64,000 nucleotides of DNA from Planctomycetota bacterium (GTDB lineage: Bacteria; Planctomycetota; Planctomycetia; Pirellulales; Pirellulaceae), in contig VGZC01000015.1 of assembly GCA_016872725.1 (NCBI GenBank), positions 2,271 through 66,270 on the forward strand. The letters are read 5' to 3'. Shown piece after piece: positions 38,930 through 48,187 of the stretch (its first letter is position 1; each line of letters opens with the position of its first letter). The notes under the pieces are model-generated. The model did no database searches, was not told the DNA's origin, and saw nothing but the letters and a program-made list of their open reading frames with translations. A program made the translations under genes and the position numbers.

Positions 38930-40789
38930 CTAGAGCCCCCGGATGCGAGTCTCGAATCGGACGCGCTCCTCATCGAGGATCTCGGCGCGGGTGAATTTCC
39001 AGTGTCCGCCGATCGGCTCGACTCGGAACGCGGCGTCGTATTGATTGGTCCTCGCGTGGATGTGCCCCCAATGCTCGACCGTGCCGCGCACCGTCCAGGT
39101 CGCGTCGACGTCGAACGCGTCGCTCGAATCGACGTTCGCATTGCCCCGCGGGCGCAGCCGGCTTGATACCAGCTTGACCTCTTCGATGCGCGACAGGGCC
39201 CCGCCCTGTTCCTCCATGGCTAGCCGCTTCCGGATTTGCAGATAGAAATCGCGGAGCAAGTCCCCTTCGACCGTGCGGGAGAGCGCGTCGTACACCTGGT
39301 CCTCCGACGCGTAGTCGAACGCGCGGAACAGATTGGCATGGAGCCGTCGGAAGATCGGCTCGGCCTCCGAATCGGGAATCGCGGGCGGCCGCGCCCAGGG
39401 CACGGTCATGGGCCTGTGTCCCCAGGGCGAAACCGCGGCCGCGAAGAGTAGGCACGCGGTCGTCGCCGCGAACCAAACAGGGAGCGTCGCGCGACGCAGT
39501 GCCAACGCGACGGCCACGCATGGAATGGCGAGCAGGCCGAGGAGCGATGGAATCGGAATGTTGATGGCCGGCGGTTCGCGGTCCGATACGGCGACCGGTT
39601 CGAGCTCGGGAAGCGGAGGCCGTCCCGGGTTCCTCCAACGGTACGTCTGTTCCGATCCATACCGCGAGAAGACGGTCGCGTGCGTCTTGTCGAGCGCGTA
39701 GACGACGGCGCGGACGCTGAAGATGTACCGGTTGAATCGGTCCCAAACGACTTCCACGTCGTCGGGCGTCCGCTTGAGCGGATACGTCAGGATGATCCCG
39801 GCGCGGGCGTTCGCCATGCTGACGCGGCGTTTCGGAGCCTGCTGCGCGAAGTCTCGGAAATCGACGCCGTAAAAGTCGATGCGACTCACCGTCGGCTTGA
39901 TCGGTTCGCCGTCCACCCGCACCGGATTGCCCGCGCTGAAATAGGCGCCGATCTGCTCGGCGGCCTCCGGCTGTTCCGCGATCTCCAGGAACGCCTCGTC
40001 CTCGCGCGGGATAAGGACGCTCGACTCGAGCGTGGCGAGCGGGGCGAGGATCTCGTGCCGGACTTCCAGGTCGGTGATGTAGATAAACGAGTAGACGGCG
40101 CTGTAGCTCGTGATCCCCAGCGTTTCCTCCTTGCGGGCGGCGAGCCACTCCTCCCATTCCGATTCGGATGCGTCGGGCGAAAGGGGCGGTTTGTCCCAAC
40201 TGAACCGCACGGTGACGGGCTCCCCCGGATTGAGCACCGCGTAGTAGGGGCTTTCGGAACCCTCCTGCTTCACACGAAGCTGCATTTCCGCCGGGATTCC
40301 GGCCGTTTCATCGATCATGTTTTGCGAGACCGTGACGAATTCGATCGGCCCGTCGAGCGGGTACTCGAAGCGAAAGCCATACGAGAACGTCATGAGTTCA
40401 TCGAGCGAAATGCCGTTCTCCGGCATGGTGAACGCGTCGACGCCGACCGGCGTTCCCTTCAGCAACTCGCCCGACGCCGACCGCAATTGGAACCGTTCGA
40501 GCAAGAAGGCCTTGTGGGCCTCGCACGCCTCCCCGATGTCGGCCGGTTCGAGCCGGTTCTCGCGATTGGGTTGAAGGTTGTGGAACAGATAGAGGTCCTC
40601 GACGAAGACGTTGATCCGGACGGCGATCTTTCCGCGATCGACGAACACGACCGCTTCGGTAATCGAGACGGGATGCGCCGCCGTCGCCCCGCGCGGGGCG
40701 GCGGCGATCATGAGCGTGAGGGCCGCGACGCGTACGAGCGTCCCGATCCCGACGAATGAACAGGCGTTTCCGCGACCGTGACGGATCAT
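38930..40789 (-). CDS. hypothetical membrane protein (secreted N-terminal domain, two central TM helices, NTF2/Tim44-like C-terminal domain)
   Basis: ATG at 40789 overlaps the TGA of the upstream hydrolase gene (ATGA). Signal-like LVRVAALTLMIAAAPRGATAAH. The mature N terminus HPVSITEAVVFVDRGKIAVRINVFVEDL is reminiscent of DUF6702-type proteins (weak, from memory). TM helices lie around IPIPSLLGLLAIPCVAVALAL and LPVWFAATTACLLFAAAV. Confidence 0.6.
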   Translation of the reverse strand: MIRHGRGNACSFVGIGTLVRVAALTLMIAAAPRGATAAHPVSITEAVVFVDRGKIAVRINVFVEDLYLFHNLQPNRENRLEPADIGEACEAHKAFLLERFQLRSASGELLKGTPVGVDAFTMPENGISLDELMTFSYGFRFEYPLDGPIEFVTVSQNMIDETAGIPAEMQLRVKQEGSESPYYAVLNPGEPVTVRFSWDKPPLSPDASESEWEEWLAARKEETLGITSYSAVYSFIYITDLEVRHEILAPLATLESSVLIPREDEAFLEIAEQPEAAEQIGAYFSAGNPVRVDGEPIKPTVSRIDFYGVDFRDFAQQAPKRRVSMANARAGIILTYPLKRTPDDVEVVWDRFNRYIFSVRAVVYALDKTHATVFSRYGSEQTYRWRNPGRPPLPELEPVAVSDREPPAINIPIPSLLGLLAIPCVAVALALRRATLPVWFAATTACLLFAAAVSPWGHRPMTVPWARPPAIPDSEAEPIFRRLHANLFRAFDYASEDQVYDALSRTVEGDLLRDFYLQIRKRLAMEEQGGALSRIEEVKLVSSRLRPRGNANVDSSDAFDVDATWTVRGTVEHWGHIHARTNQYDAAFRVEPIGGHWKFTRAEILDEERVRFETRIRGL

Positions 40790-43041
40790 GCGAGGAGCCA
40801 TGCGCAAAGTCGTTCGGCCATCGGCGCGGCGTCCTCGGGACGTTCGCCGGACCCTCGGTCGAGCGTGACGGCCGACGCGGCGTTCGCGGCTCGGTAACAG
40901 GCGTCGACGAGTTCGAGCGGGGACGTCCCCTCGTTGGCGATCCAAAGCGGGCGCGGCGCGTTGGCGGCGAGCAGTCCGGGAACATCTCCGTACTTCACGG
41001 CGCCGGGCCACATCCGGGGATCGCGGATGTCGGTGATCGAGGCGAACCGGAACCGATCGCTCACGACGGCGAGCCGGTCAATGGCGTCGCCCGCCCGCAA
41101 GCACGCGGCCGCGGCCCACCATGCCGCCTCGTGCCAGCCCACCACGTGGATCTTCCGAGGCTGATACTCGTGGTGCTTTGCGAAACCGACAAGCGTAAGC
41201 ACGTCATGCACGCGCTGTGCGAAGACGCAGTGGTTGTATCCGAGCGTGTACGCGGCGATCTGACGGGGGTTCTCGACCGATCGCGCGGCGGTCAGCGGGC
41301 CCGCGGCTCGGAACTCGCCCGTCTCGAACAAGTCGGCGCTTCCCACGGCGGCTCCCGCGCGCACGAGCGACGCGATCGGCGCGGTCAAGTCGCCGTTCGC
41401 CTGGAAAAGGGCCGACTTGCCCTCGGGATGCAGCCAAAACACGGCCGTACCGTTCCAGCGTTCGGGCAGCAAATAGGAAGCGGGCAACTCCTCGTTCCGC
41501 GCCGTGTTTCGGACGAGTCCGCTGATGCGCTGGAAGCCCGAAAACGCCTCTTGCCGGATCGGTTCGAACATCACATCCCCGGCCGCCGGAAGGTCGCGCC
41601 CGATCAGGATCTCGTAAGCGCCGTGCGTGATCTCCTGGTATTTCTTGAGGCCGGCCGAGTCGGTTGGAACGAGCTCGCGCCGCTGCTTCTCCGACGCACG
41701 ATCCCATGCGCGGAGCACGCCGATTTCGGCGTCGTCGTCGCACGCGGGCTTGGGATGCCCGCTGGTCCAAACCGTCATTTCGTCGCGGGTGAGCGGCGCG
41801 AAGTCGCGTTCGACAATCGGATCGTCGTGTCCGAGCCGCAGGTGTTTGTTGAAGAACGCGTACATCATCGCTCGACTGACCGCGTTGTAGTTGTGCCCGA
41901 ACTTGAAATACTTGCCCTCGACGCGGTCGGGGACCTTGAGCAACTCATACAGTTGGCGGATTTCGGGAAGGCCCTTGGTTTCGAGTTCCACGGTCCAGTC
42001 ATCGGCGGCCGACATGCCCAACGGCCGAGGAGCGCACATCGCCGCGAACTCGATGTTTCCCGTATCGATCCGGAGATAGCAGGCGTTTTCGCATGTGCAG
42101 CCGCCCTGCATGGCGGTCGAGACCATGACGGCCGGAAACGCGGCGGCGGGCCGAGGGTCGACGGCGGCGAGGATGAACGTCTGGGTGCCTCCGCCGCTCG
42201 CGCCTGTGACGCCGATGCGCTCGGGATCCACGTCGGGAAGCGTCGCGATCCAATCGAGGACTCGCATCGAATTGAACGTCTGGAATCCAAACGCGCTGAT
42301 CAGCCGCAGTTCGGCCTGCGCGCTGAAAAGACCCCAGCGTTCGGGCGAAGTCCGTTCGGGACGCTGATCGCGCAGGCCATGCGTCACATGCTGCGTGAAC
42401 GGAGCGCTGTCGGCATAGCCAAGCATGTCGTAATGAAAGACGACGCAACCCATTCGCGCAAGCTGCACGCAGCGGGCTTGGAGCGGATACCGGCCGCCGA
42501 TCGGGAACTTCTCGGCGCCGTTTTCAATCTCCTTCCCGACCGCTTCCTCGCCGTGATCGAAGAACCGGCCGTTGGCCCAGTGTCCGTGCGGGCAGAGCAC
42601 GGTCGGTCTGCGCCCCTCGGCGCCTTTGGGGCGATAGAGATTTCCCGTTACAAAAAGGCCCGGCGCGCTTTCGAAGAAGACCCTCTCGACCGTGTACTCG
42701 TCGCGGTCCGTTTTTCCGTGCACGGTGGCCGCGACGGGATCCGTATCGGGGAGCGGCCAAAGGCCGCACGCGACGAGAATGCGGCGCCGCACGAATTCGG
42801 CCCGCTTCCGCCAGACCGCCTCGGAACGGGGCGGCGTGAACGGGAAATAGCCGTTGAGGTCCCGCAGCGGTCCGAGCCGTCCGTCCTTGGGATATTGCCC
42901 TTTGGGGACCACGGCCGGAACGCCCGCCGAGGGTTGGCCGGCCGCGAGTTCCGAGGCGGGAACCCCTCCCGCCAGAACGGCAAGGCCCATCCGCCGCATC
43001 AACGCACGACGATCGATACCGGCACCGGTCTCTTCGGACAT
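40786..43041 (-). CDS. TAT-signal alpha/beta hydrolase (acetyl-xylan-esterase/dienelactone-hydrolase-like N-terminal half, second alpha/beta-like half)
   Basis: ATG at 43041. Twin-arginine motif IDRRALMRRMGLAVLAGG. Nucleophile elbow GVTGASGGG, and downstream His/Asp candidates; 751 aa. Confidence 0.7.
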   Translation of the reverse strand: MSEETGAGIDRRALMRRMGLAVLAGGVPASELAAGQPSAGVPAVVPKGQYPKDGRLGPLRDLNGYFPFTPPRSEAVWRKRAEFVRRRILVACGLWPLPDTDPVAATVHGKTDRDEYTVERVFFESAPGLFVTGNLYRPKGAEGRRPTVLCPHGHWANGRFFDHGEEAVGKEIENGAEKFPIGGRYPLQARCVQLARMGCVVFHYDMLGYADSAPFTQHVTHGLRDQRPERTSPERWGLFSAQAELRLISAFGFQTFNSMRVLDWIATLPDVDPERIGVTGASGGGTQTFILAAVDPRPAAAFPAVMVSTAMQGGCTCENACYLRIDTGNIEFAAMCAPRPLGMSAADDWTVELETKGLPEIRQLYELLKVPDRVEGKYFKFGHNYNAVSRAMMYAFFNKHLRLGHDDPIVERDFAPLTRDEMTVWTSGHPKPACDDDAEIGVLRAWDRASEKQRRELVPTDSAGLKKYQEITHGAYEILIGRDLPAAGDVMFEPIRQEAFSGFQRISGLVRNTARNEELPASYLLPERWNGTAVFWLHPEGKSALFQANGDLTAPIASLVRAGAAVGSADLFETGEFRAAGPLTAARSVENPRQIAAYTLGYNHCVFAQRVHDVLTLVGFAKHHEYQPRKIHVVGWHEAAWWAAAACLRAGDAIDRLAVVSDRFRFASITDIRDPRMWPGAVKYGDVPGLLAANAPRPLWIANEGTSPLELVDACYRAANAASAVTLDRGSGERPEDAAPMAERLCAWLLA

Positions 43042-43361
43042 GGATCGGATCTCCAAGCGGGAAGGCGGGGTGAGTACGCGCTCGCGCGGCGCCGGCTCGT
43101 TCGCATGCATGCCGAGCGGGACGTGCGACGTGGTTTCAGATTAGCGTTCCGGCGAACGGGCCGCAATTGCGCGGCCGGAACACCGGCTCGTGCCGAACGG
43201 CAACAAGGCGATCGATCCGAAACGCGCCGCGCGAACCCGACCGAGGCGCACCGTGTCCGTCGCCTCATGGACAGAGTCCGATCGCGCGCCGCACGCGGCG
43301 CGAACTTGGGGTGCTCGCCGGATCCGATGGCGCATGGTATTCTTCGCCCAAACGGTTGAGC

Positions 43362-44840
43362 ATGACGAAGACGGACGCGAATTCGAACCGGGGCCCGGCG
43401 GACCTCGCTGAGGCAACCTGGTGGGACGGGCCCGCCGGTGGTCGCGACGTCCTCCGCCTCGCGCTGCCGCTCGTCGTTTCCAGCCTGTCGTGGACCGTGT
43501 TGACGTTCGTCGACCGGATGTTCCTTGCGTGGTGGTCGCACGACGCGCTGGCCGCGTCGTTTCCCGCCGCGCTGCTCTGGTGGACGTCACTCTGTTTTCC
43601 GATGGGCATCGCGATCTACGTTGGGACCTTCGTCTCGCAATACCACGGCTCGAATTCGCACGTTTGGATCGGTCCGATTGTCTGGCAGGGCGTGTGGATC
43701 TGCCTTTTCGCGACGCCGATCGTGTTTGCGTCGTTGCCGATCGCGGCGATCGTTTTCGATGCATCGGGACACGAACCGGCGGTCATCGCGAACGAATGGG
43801 CCTATTTCCGCATCCTGTGCATCGGCTCGCCGGCCATGCTCGTCGCCCACGCCTTTTCATCGTTCTTCAGCGGTCGAGGGCGCACTTCGATCGTGATGGT
43901 GATCGACTCGGGCATGACGCTCGTCAATGTCGCGCTCGACTATTGTTGGATATTCGGATATTGCCGGTTTCCGGCGGCGGGCATCGAGGGCGCGGCGTGG
44001 GCGACCATCGTTTCGCTGTGGCTTCGCGTGCTCGTCTATCTCGTCCTGATCCTGCATCCCTCGAACCGCGGGATGTTCCACACGCACGAGTGGCGGCCCC
44101 AACGTCGTCTCATGGGAAGGCTTGCCTATTACGGAGGTCCGAGCGGCCTTCAGATGTTCCTTGAAGTCGTGGGCTTCACGGCGTTCGTCATGCTCGTCGG
44201 AAGCCTCGGCGTCATCGAACTCGCCGCGACGAATCTCGCGTTCAACGTCAGTTCGGTGGCGTTCATGCCCGTATTCGGCCTATCGACGGCCGTTTCGATT
44301 CTGGTCGGCCAGTACGTGGGCAGCGGCCGAATCGAGCTTGCCGAACGATCGACCTGGACGACCGTGCGGCTCGCCCTCATCTACATGGGCGTGATTTCCG
44401 CTCTGTATTGTCTCGTTCCCGATCTGTTCCTCTTCGGGTTCTTCACGCGGTCGAACGATCCATCCGAGCGCACGATCCGCGCGATCGCCGTCGTCTTGTT
44501 GCGGTATGTGGCGGCCTACAACCTCTTCGACGGAATGAACCTCGTCTTCGCCCACGCGGTGAAAGGCGCGGGCGACACGCATTTTGTGTTCTGGGTGAGT
44601 TTCACGATGGCCGCCGTGCTCGCGCTCGCCACGTGGATCGCCGTGCGCGTCCTGGAATGGGGACTCCACGGCTCCTGGTGCCTCGTCACCGCTTGGATCG
44701 CCGCGCTCGGCTGCGTCTATTGGGCGCGGTTCCACCACGGAGCGTGGCGGACGATGCGCGTCATCGAGGCGACTCCGCGACCGAGTGACGCGTCGGTCCC
44801 ACCGACGGATGAAGCCAAGCCGCAATCGAGCCCACGGTAG
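43362..44840 (+). CDS. MATE family efflux transporter
   Basis: ATG at 43362; 492 aa, 12-TM-like. N-terminal LRLALPLVVSSLSWTVLTFVDRMFLA is typical of MATE/NorM proteins. Confidence 0.8.
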   Translation: MTKTDANSNRGPADLAEATWWDGPAGGRDVLRLALPLVVSSLSWTVLTFVDRMFLAWWSHDALAASFPAALLWWTSLCFPMGIAIYVGTFVSQYHGSNSHVWIGPIVWQGVWICLFATPIVFASLPIAAIVFDASGHEPAVIANEWAYFRILCIGSPAMLVAHAFSSFFSGRGRTSIVMVIDSGMTLVNVALDYCWIFGYCRFPAAGIEGAAWATIVSLWLRVLVYLVLILHPSNRGMFHTHEWRPQRRLMGRLAYYGGPSGLQMFLEVVGFTAFVMLVGSLGVIELAATNLAFNVSSVAFMPVFGLSTAVSILVGQYVGSGRIELAERSTWTTVRLALIYMGVISALYCLVPDLFLFGFFTRSNDPSERTIRAIAVVLLRYVAAYNLFDGMNLVFAHAVKGAGDTHFVFWVSFTMAAVLALATWIAVRVLEWGLHGSWCLVTAWIAALGCVYWARFHHGAWRTMRVIEATPRPSDASVPPTDEAKPQSSPR

Positions 44841-46326
44841 CCAGCAGGGCTAGGAAGAGGCCGATACGCCACTTCCATCCGCGAAGGGCCCGTCCGATCG
44901 CGCGGATCGTGGCGAGCCCCGCATGAGGGCGAGGGAAATGTCCCCGTTTGCGGACGGGACGAGCCGTGTCGATCCGGATCGCGATCCGAGGCCCTGAATC
45001 GGTCGAGAGGCCGGTCGAGGTCGAGAGGCCGGTCGAGGTCCGCCGACTCGAAGGGAACTCCCCGCGCGCGATCGTCGAGCTCGGCGAGGCCGTGCCCACC
45101 GCGTACGACTCGCCGATGCCCGTCAGGCCCGAACCGACCGGGCAGGCCGTCGGTACGGAACGCCGTTCGATGGCCGCCGCGCCAACGTCCGAACCCGATG
45201 ACGGACCGATCGCGGAACCCGATGACGGACCGATCGCGGAACCCGAGCCGAGCATGACGAACGGCATGATGGTGCTGTCGGCGAGCCCGCGCAAGGATTG
45301 GTCACACCGGTGTTCGGCGAGCCAAGACCCCAACTCCTGGATCAACGGTTCGGCGCCGGCAAACCGCTGGTCGGCCTTCTTCGCGACCATTTTCCGGAAG
45401 ATCCCATTCAACCGGCCATCGTCGAGCGGCAACAAGGGCACGGCCGCGCCCTGATGGGCCATGATGCGCTTCATGGGCGTGTCGTCGTCGTAGATCGGAC
45501 GCCCCGTGACCAGGTAATACAAGGTGCAGCCGAGGCTATAGATATCGCAGCGCGCGTCGGCCGTCTTCGAATCGATCGCCTGTTCGGGCGCCATGTAGTC
45601 GACGGTGCCCATCAACATGCCGGTCGCCGTCAGCCCCGCGGCGTCGCTCGCCATCGACGGCATGAACCGGGCCAAGCCCATATCCAGGACTTTCACCACG
45701 CCCGCCATATCGAGCAGCAGGTTCGCCGGCTTGATATCCCGGTGGATCACGCCGCGCGAGTGGGCGTACGCAAGCGCCTGGGCGGTCTGCAGGACGCAAT
45801 GGACAGCGCGTGCGGACGGCAACGGCCCTTGGGACCGGACGATCGAATCCAGATCGCGACCGTGCACGTACTCCATGACCAGATAATGCACACCCCGGCA
45901 CGTGCCCGCGTCGTACGAGGTCACGACATTCGGATGGCTCAGCCGCGCGGCCGCTTCGACTTCGCGCTGAAACCGTTTCAGGGCCTTTTCGTCCCGCACC
46001 GATAGCGATGACACGATCTTGATGGCGACCTCGCGCTTCATCGTGCGATGACGCGCCTTGTACACCTGTCCCATGCCGCCGTGGCCGAGCTTCCGCAGAA
46101 TGACATAGCTGTCGAGGACGAGGTGCCTGGCCCGCCCGTTCAAGGCCAGTTGGGCTTGGAACGGCGTCAGCTTCTGGTCGTCGACAAGGCGTCGAGCCAG
46201 TTCACCGCCCCCACGCCCGTCGTCGTCCGCGCCTCCGATCCCCGCGCGCACGGCCGCCAACTCGTCCGGCTCGATCAGCCGGTGTCGAACGAGGTCTTCC
46301 GCGAGCTGTGCGGCGGTCAACGCCAT
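44761..46326 (-). CDS. Ser/Thr protein kinase, C-terminally membrane anchored
   Basis: ATG at 46326. Motifs GHGGMGQVY, VAIKIV, HRDIKPANLLL, DMGLA (DFG variant), APE. A low-complexity repeat linker is followed by the TM helix IGLFLALLATVGSIAAWL. The 3' end overlaps the MATE gene by 80 nt. Confidence 0.85.
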   Translation of the reverse strand: MALTAAQLAEDLVRHRLIEPDELAAVRAGIGGADDDGRGGGELARRLVDDQKLTPFQAQLALNGRARHLVLDSYVILRKLGHGGMGQVYKARHRTMKREVAIKIVSSLSVRDEKALKRFQREVEAAARLSHPNVVTSYDAGTCRGVHYLVMEYVHGRDLDSIVRSQGPLPSARAVHCVLQTAQALAYAHSRGVIHRDIKPANLLLDMAGVVKVLDMGLARFMPSMASDAAGLTATGMLMGTVDYMAPEQAIDSKTADARCDIYSLGCTLYYLVTGRPIYDDDTPMKRIMAHQGAAVPLLPLDDGRLNGIFRKMVAKKADQRFAGAEPLIQELGSWLAEHRCDQSLRGLADSTIMPFVMLGSGSAIGPSSGSAIGPSSGSDVGAAAIERRSVPTACPVGSGLTGIGESYAVGTASPSSTIARGEFPSSRRTSTGLSTSTGLSTDSGPRIAIRIDTARPVRKRGHFPRPHAGLATIRAIGRALRGWKWRIGLFLALLATVGSIAAWLHPSVGPTRHSVAESPR

Positions 46327-46676
46327 GGCCGGATATCCGCATCGAGCCGACTGCGGGCCGAACAGCGGACCCCGAAGCGGGGTCGCCCGAGATAGCCCCG
46401 CGCGGGTGGGGCACCCGCTCCCATCCCCGCGCAAGGGCCCGTTGAGGGAAATACCCGTTCAACGGCAACCCAAGCGGGCGACGCACCGGAAGCACCCTGT
46501 ATGAAACGCCTACCCTGTTCGATCGTACTCGGCGCTTCGCACGGTTGCAAACACCGCGCCCGGCCCCTGCATCGAGCGACCCCCTCGGAAAGCCCGATCG
46601 GACTAGACCTCGGCGTACTCGCAACCCACCGATCGCGGGGGGCCCCGCGCGCCGTCTTGGAAGTCGGCTCACCCGG

Positions 46677-48185
46677 CTATTTCGCGGGCGAGCCGCCGGG
46701 CGGCGCCGGTTTGACGTCGACCTCATAGGGCGCCGACGCGGGATCGATCCCCTCGAACGGAAGTTTTTCGGGGAGAATGCGTACGGCCGTCGAGACCTTG
46801 AGCGGCGCCGCGACGCCGCAGTGGTAGGTCAATTCGACCAGAAACGCCGTCCAGCCGCGCTCGGGAGGTTGGGCCCGTCCGACAAATACGCCGTCGCCCT
46901 GGTCTTCGAGGTCTTCGGCTTCGAACTTGCGTCCCAAGGTCATCACCCGGAAATCCCGCGCGTCGGGATTCGTCGCGCGCCACACCTGGACGCGTTCCGG
47001 CTTGTCGCGCGTCACGACGCGGATCGATCCGTCGGACTCGAACGTCCATTCATAACGCGGACGCGGCGTGTCGGTCACGATGAGCTGATAATAGGCGAGC
47101 AGGCTGGTGATCGCGTCCGTGTCCCGCAGCGAATGGTCACCGTTGGGAACGTATCGCAGGATCTTCTCGCCTTGCAACTGGTCGTAATAGAACCGGGACG
47201 AGTCGGGCGTGAAGAACTGGTCGCCGGTCGCGTTGAGCACGAACTTGGGCATCGTCAACCGGTCGAGATAATAGTAGGGATCGACGTGTCGAAAGAGCTC
47301 CTGAAGGCGCGGTTCGTGCCACCTCCGCAGAACGCCGTGCCGTACATAATCACCGATGTGCGTCGCCCAAAAGCCGTACGCGGCGGCGTGATGCTCAAGC
47401 GACGGGTCCAGGTTGACGACGTCGATCACAATCGGGACGAGGGCGGCCACGCGCCGATCCGCCGCGCCCGTCATCCAGGTCGTCCAGCCGCGCTTGGATC
47501 CACCCGCGACGACGAATCGTTCGACCTCGTCGCCTCCGCCCTGCTCGCTCCGCGTGAATTCCTGAAGGCAGTCCATGGCGCGCACGACGCTCTTCACCAT
47601 CGGGAAACGGGCGAGCCAGATCGGGTCGCCGGCATCGAGGAACTGGGCCCAGCCATAGGCGATCAGATCGTCTTCCTTGCGGGGTTGGCCGTCCTGATGG
47701 AATTCGAGCGGCTGGTTCGGGACCATCTTGAGCTCGGCGACAACCGTTCGAGTCGCCTCGGCGATCCGCTGGATCATGGCGTCCGCCTTTTCCGGAGGCG
47801 AACCGCCATTGCCGCCGCCCGTCACCATGAGCAGCGCCGTATGGCTCGCGACCTGTTTCGGCTTGACGACGATGAGCCAGTGTTCCCAGACGGTCCGATT
47901 CACGTCGGCGGGTGTGAGCCAGCTCTGCGACGTCAGCTTGATCACGTACGTCGTTGTCGGGTTGCCCTCGACCGTTCGGACCAACGACCATGCGTAGTTC
48001 GCATCCGGGGCCTGGATGTACCGGTCGAACGCTGTTTCCTGGGCGACAAGCGTTGCGGGCGCCGTGCAATCCGCGAGGAGCGCGGCGCCGAGAATGCACG
48101 GGAAAACGCGAGCCGCCGCTCGACCGATTGTCCGACCGAAGGAAGGCGTCGCGGTCGCGACCCGATGTTCATGAGCCGATGGCAC
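46677..48185 (-). CDS. PhoPQ-activated pathogenicity-related (PqaA-type) alpha/beta hydrolase family protein, secreted
   Basis: GTG at 48185, 2 nt after the upstream stop; there is no ATG before the conserved region. Signal-like RAAARVFPCILGAALLADC. VVAGGSKRGWTTWMTGAADRRVAALVPIVIDVVNL and NATGDQFF match my memory of the PhoPQ_related family. Confidence 0.7.
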   Translation of the reverse strand: MPSAHEHRVATATPSFGRTIGRAAARVFPCILGAALLADCTAPATLVAQETAFDRYIQAPDANYAWSLVRTVEGNPTTTYVIKLTSQSWLTPADVNRTVWEHWLIVVKPKQVASHTALLMVTGGGNGGSPPEKADAMIQRIAEATRTVVAELKMVPNQPLEFHQDGQPRKEDDLIAYGWAQFLDAGDPIWLARFPMVKSVVRAMDCLQEFTRSEQGGGDEVERFVVAGGSKRGWTTWMTGAADRRVAALVPIVIDVVNLDPSLEHHAAAYGFWATHIGDYVRHGVLRRWHEPRLQELFRHVDPYYYLDRLTMPKFVLNATGDQFFTPDSSRFYYDQLQGEKILRYVPNGDHSLRDTDAITSLLAYYQLIVTDTPRPRYEWTFESDGSIRVVTRDKPERVQVWRATNPDARDFRVMTLGRKFEAEDLEDQGDGVFVGRAQPPERGWTAFLVELTYHCGVAAPLKVSTAVRILPEKLPFEGIDPASAPYEVDVKPAPPGGSPAK

Positions 48186-48187
48186 GG

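Noticed and set aside
40756-43359. 867-aa plus-strand ORF
   Set aside because: It is antisense to the TAT alpha/beta hydrolase gene, and its composition is typical of antisense translation.
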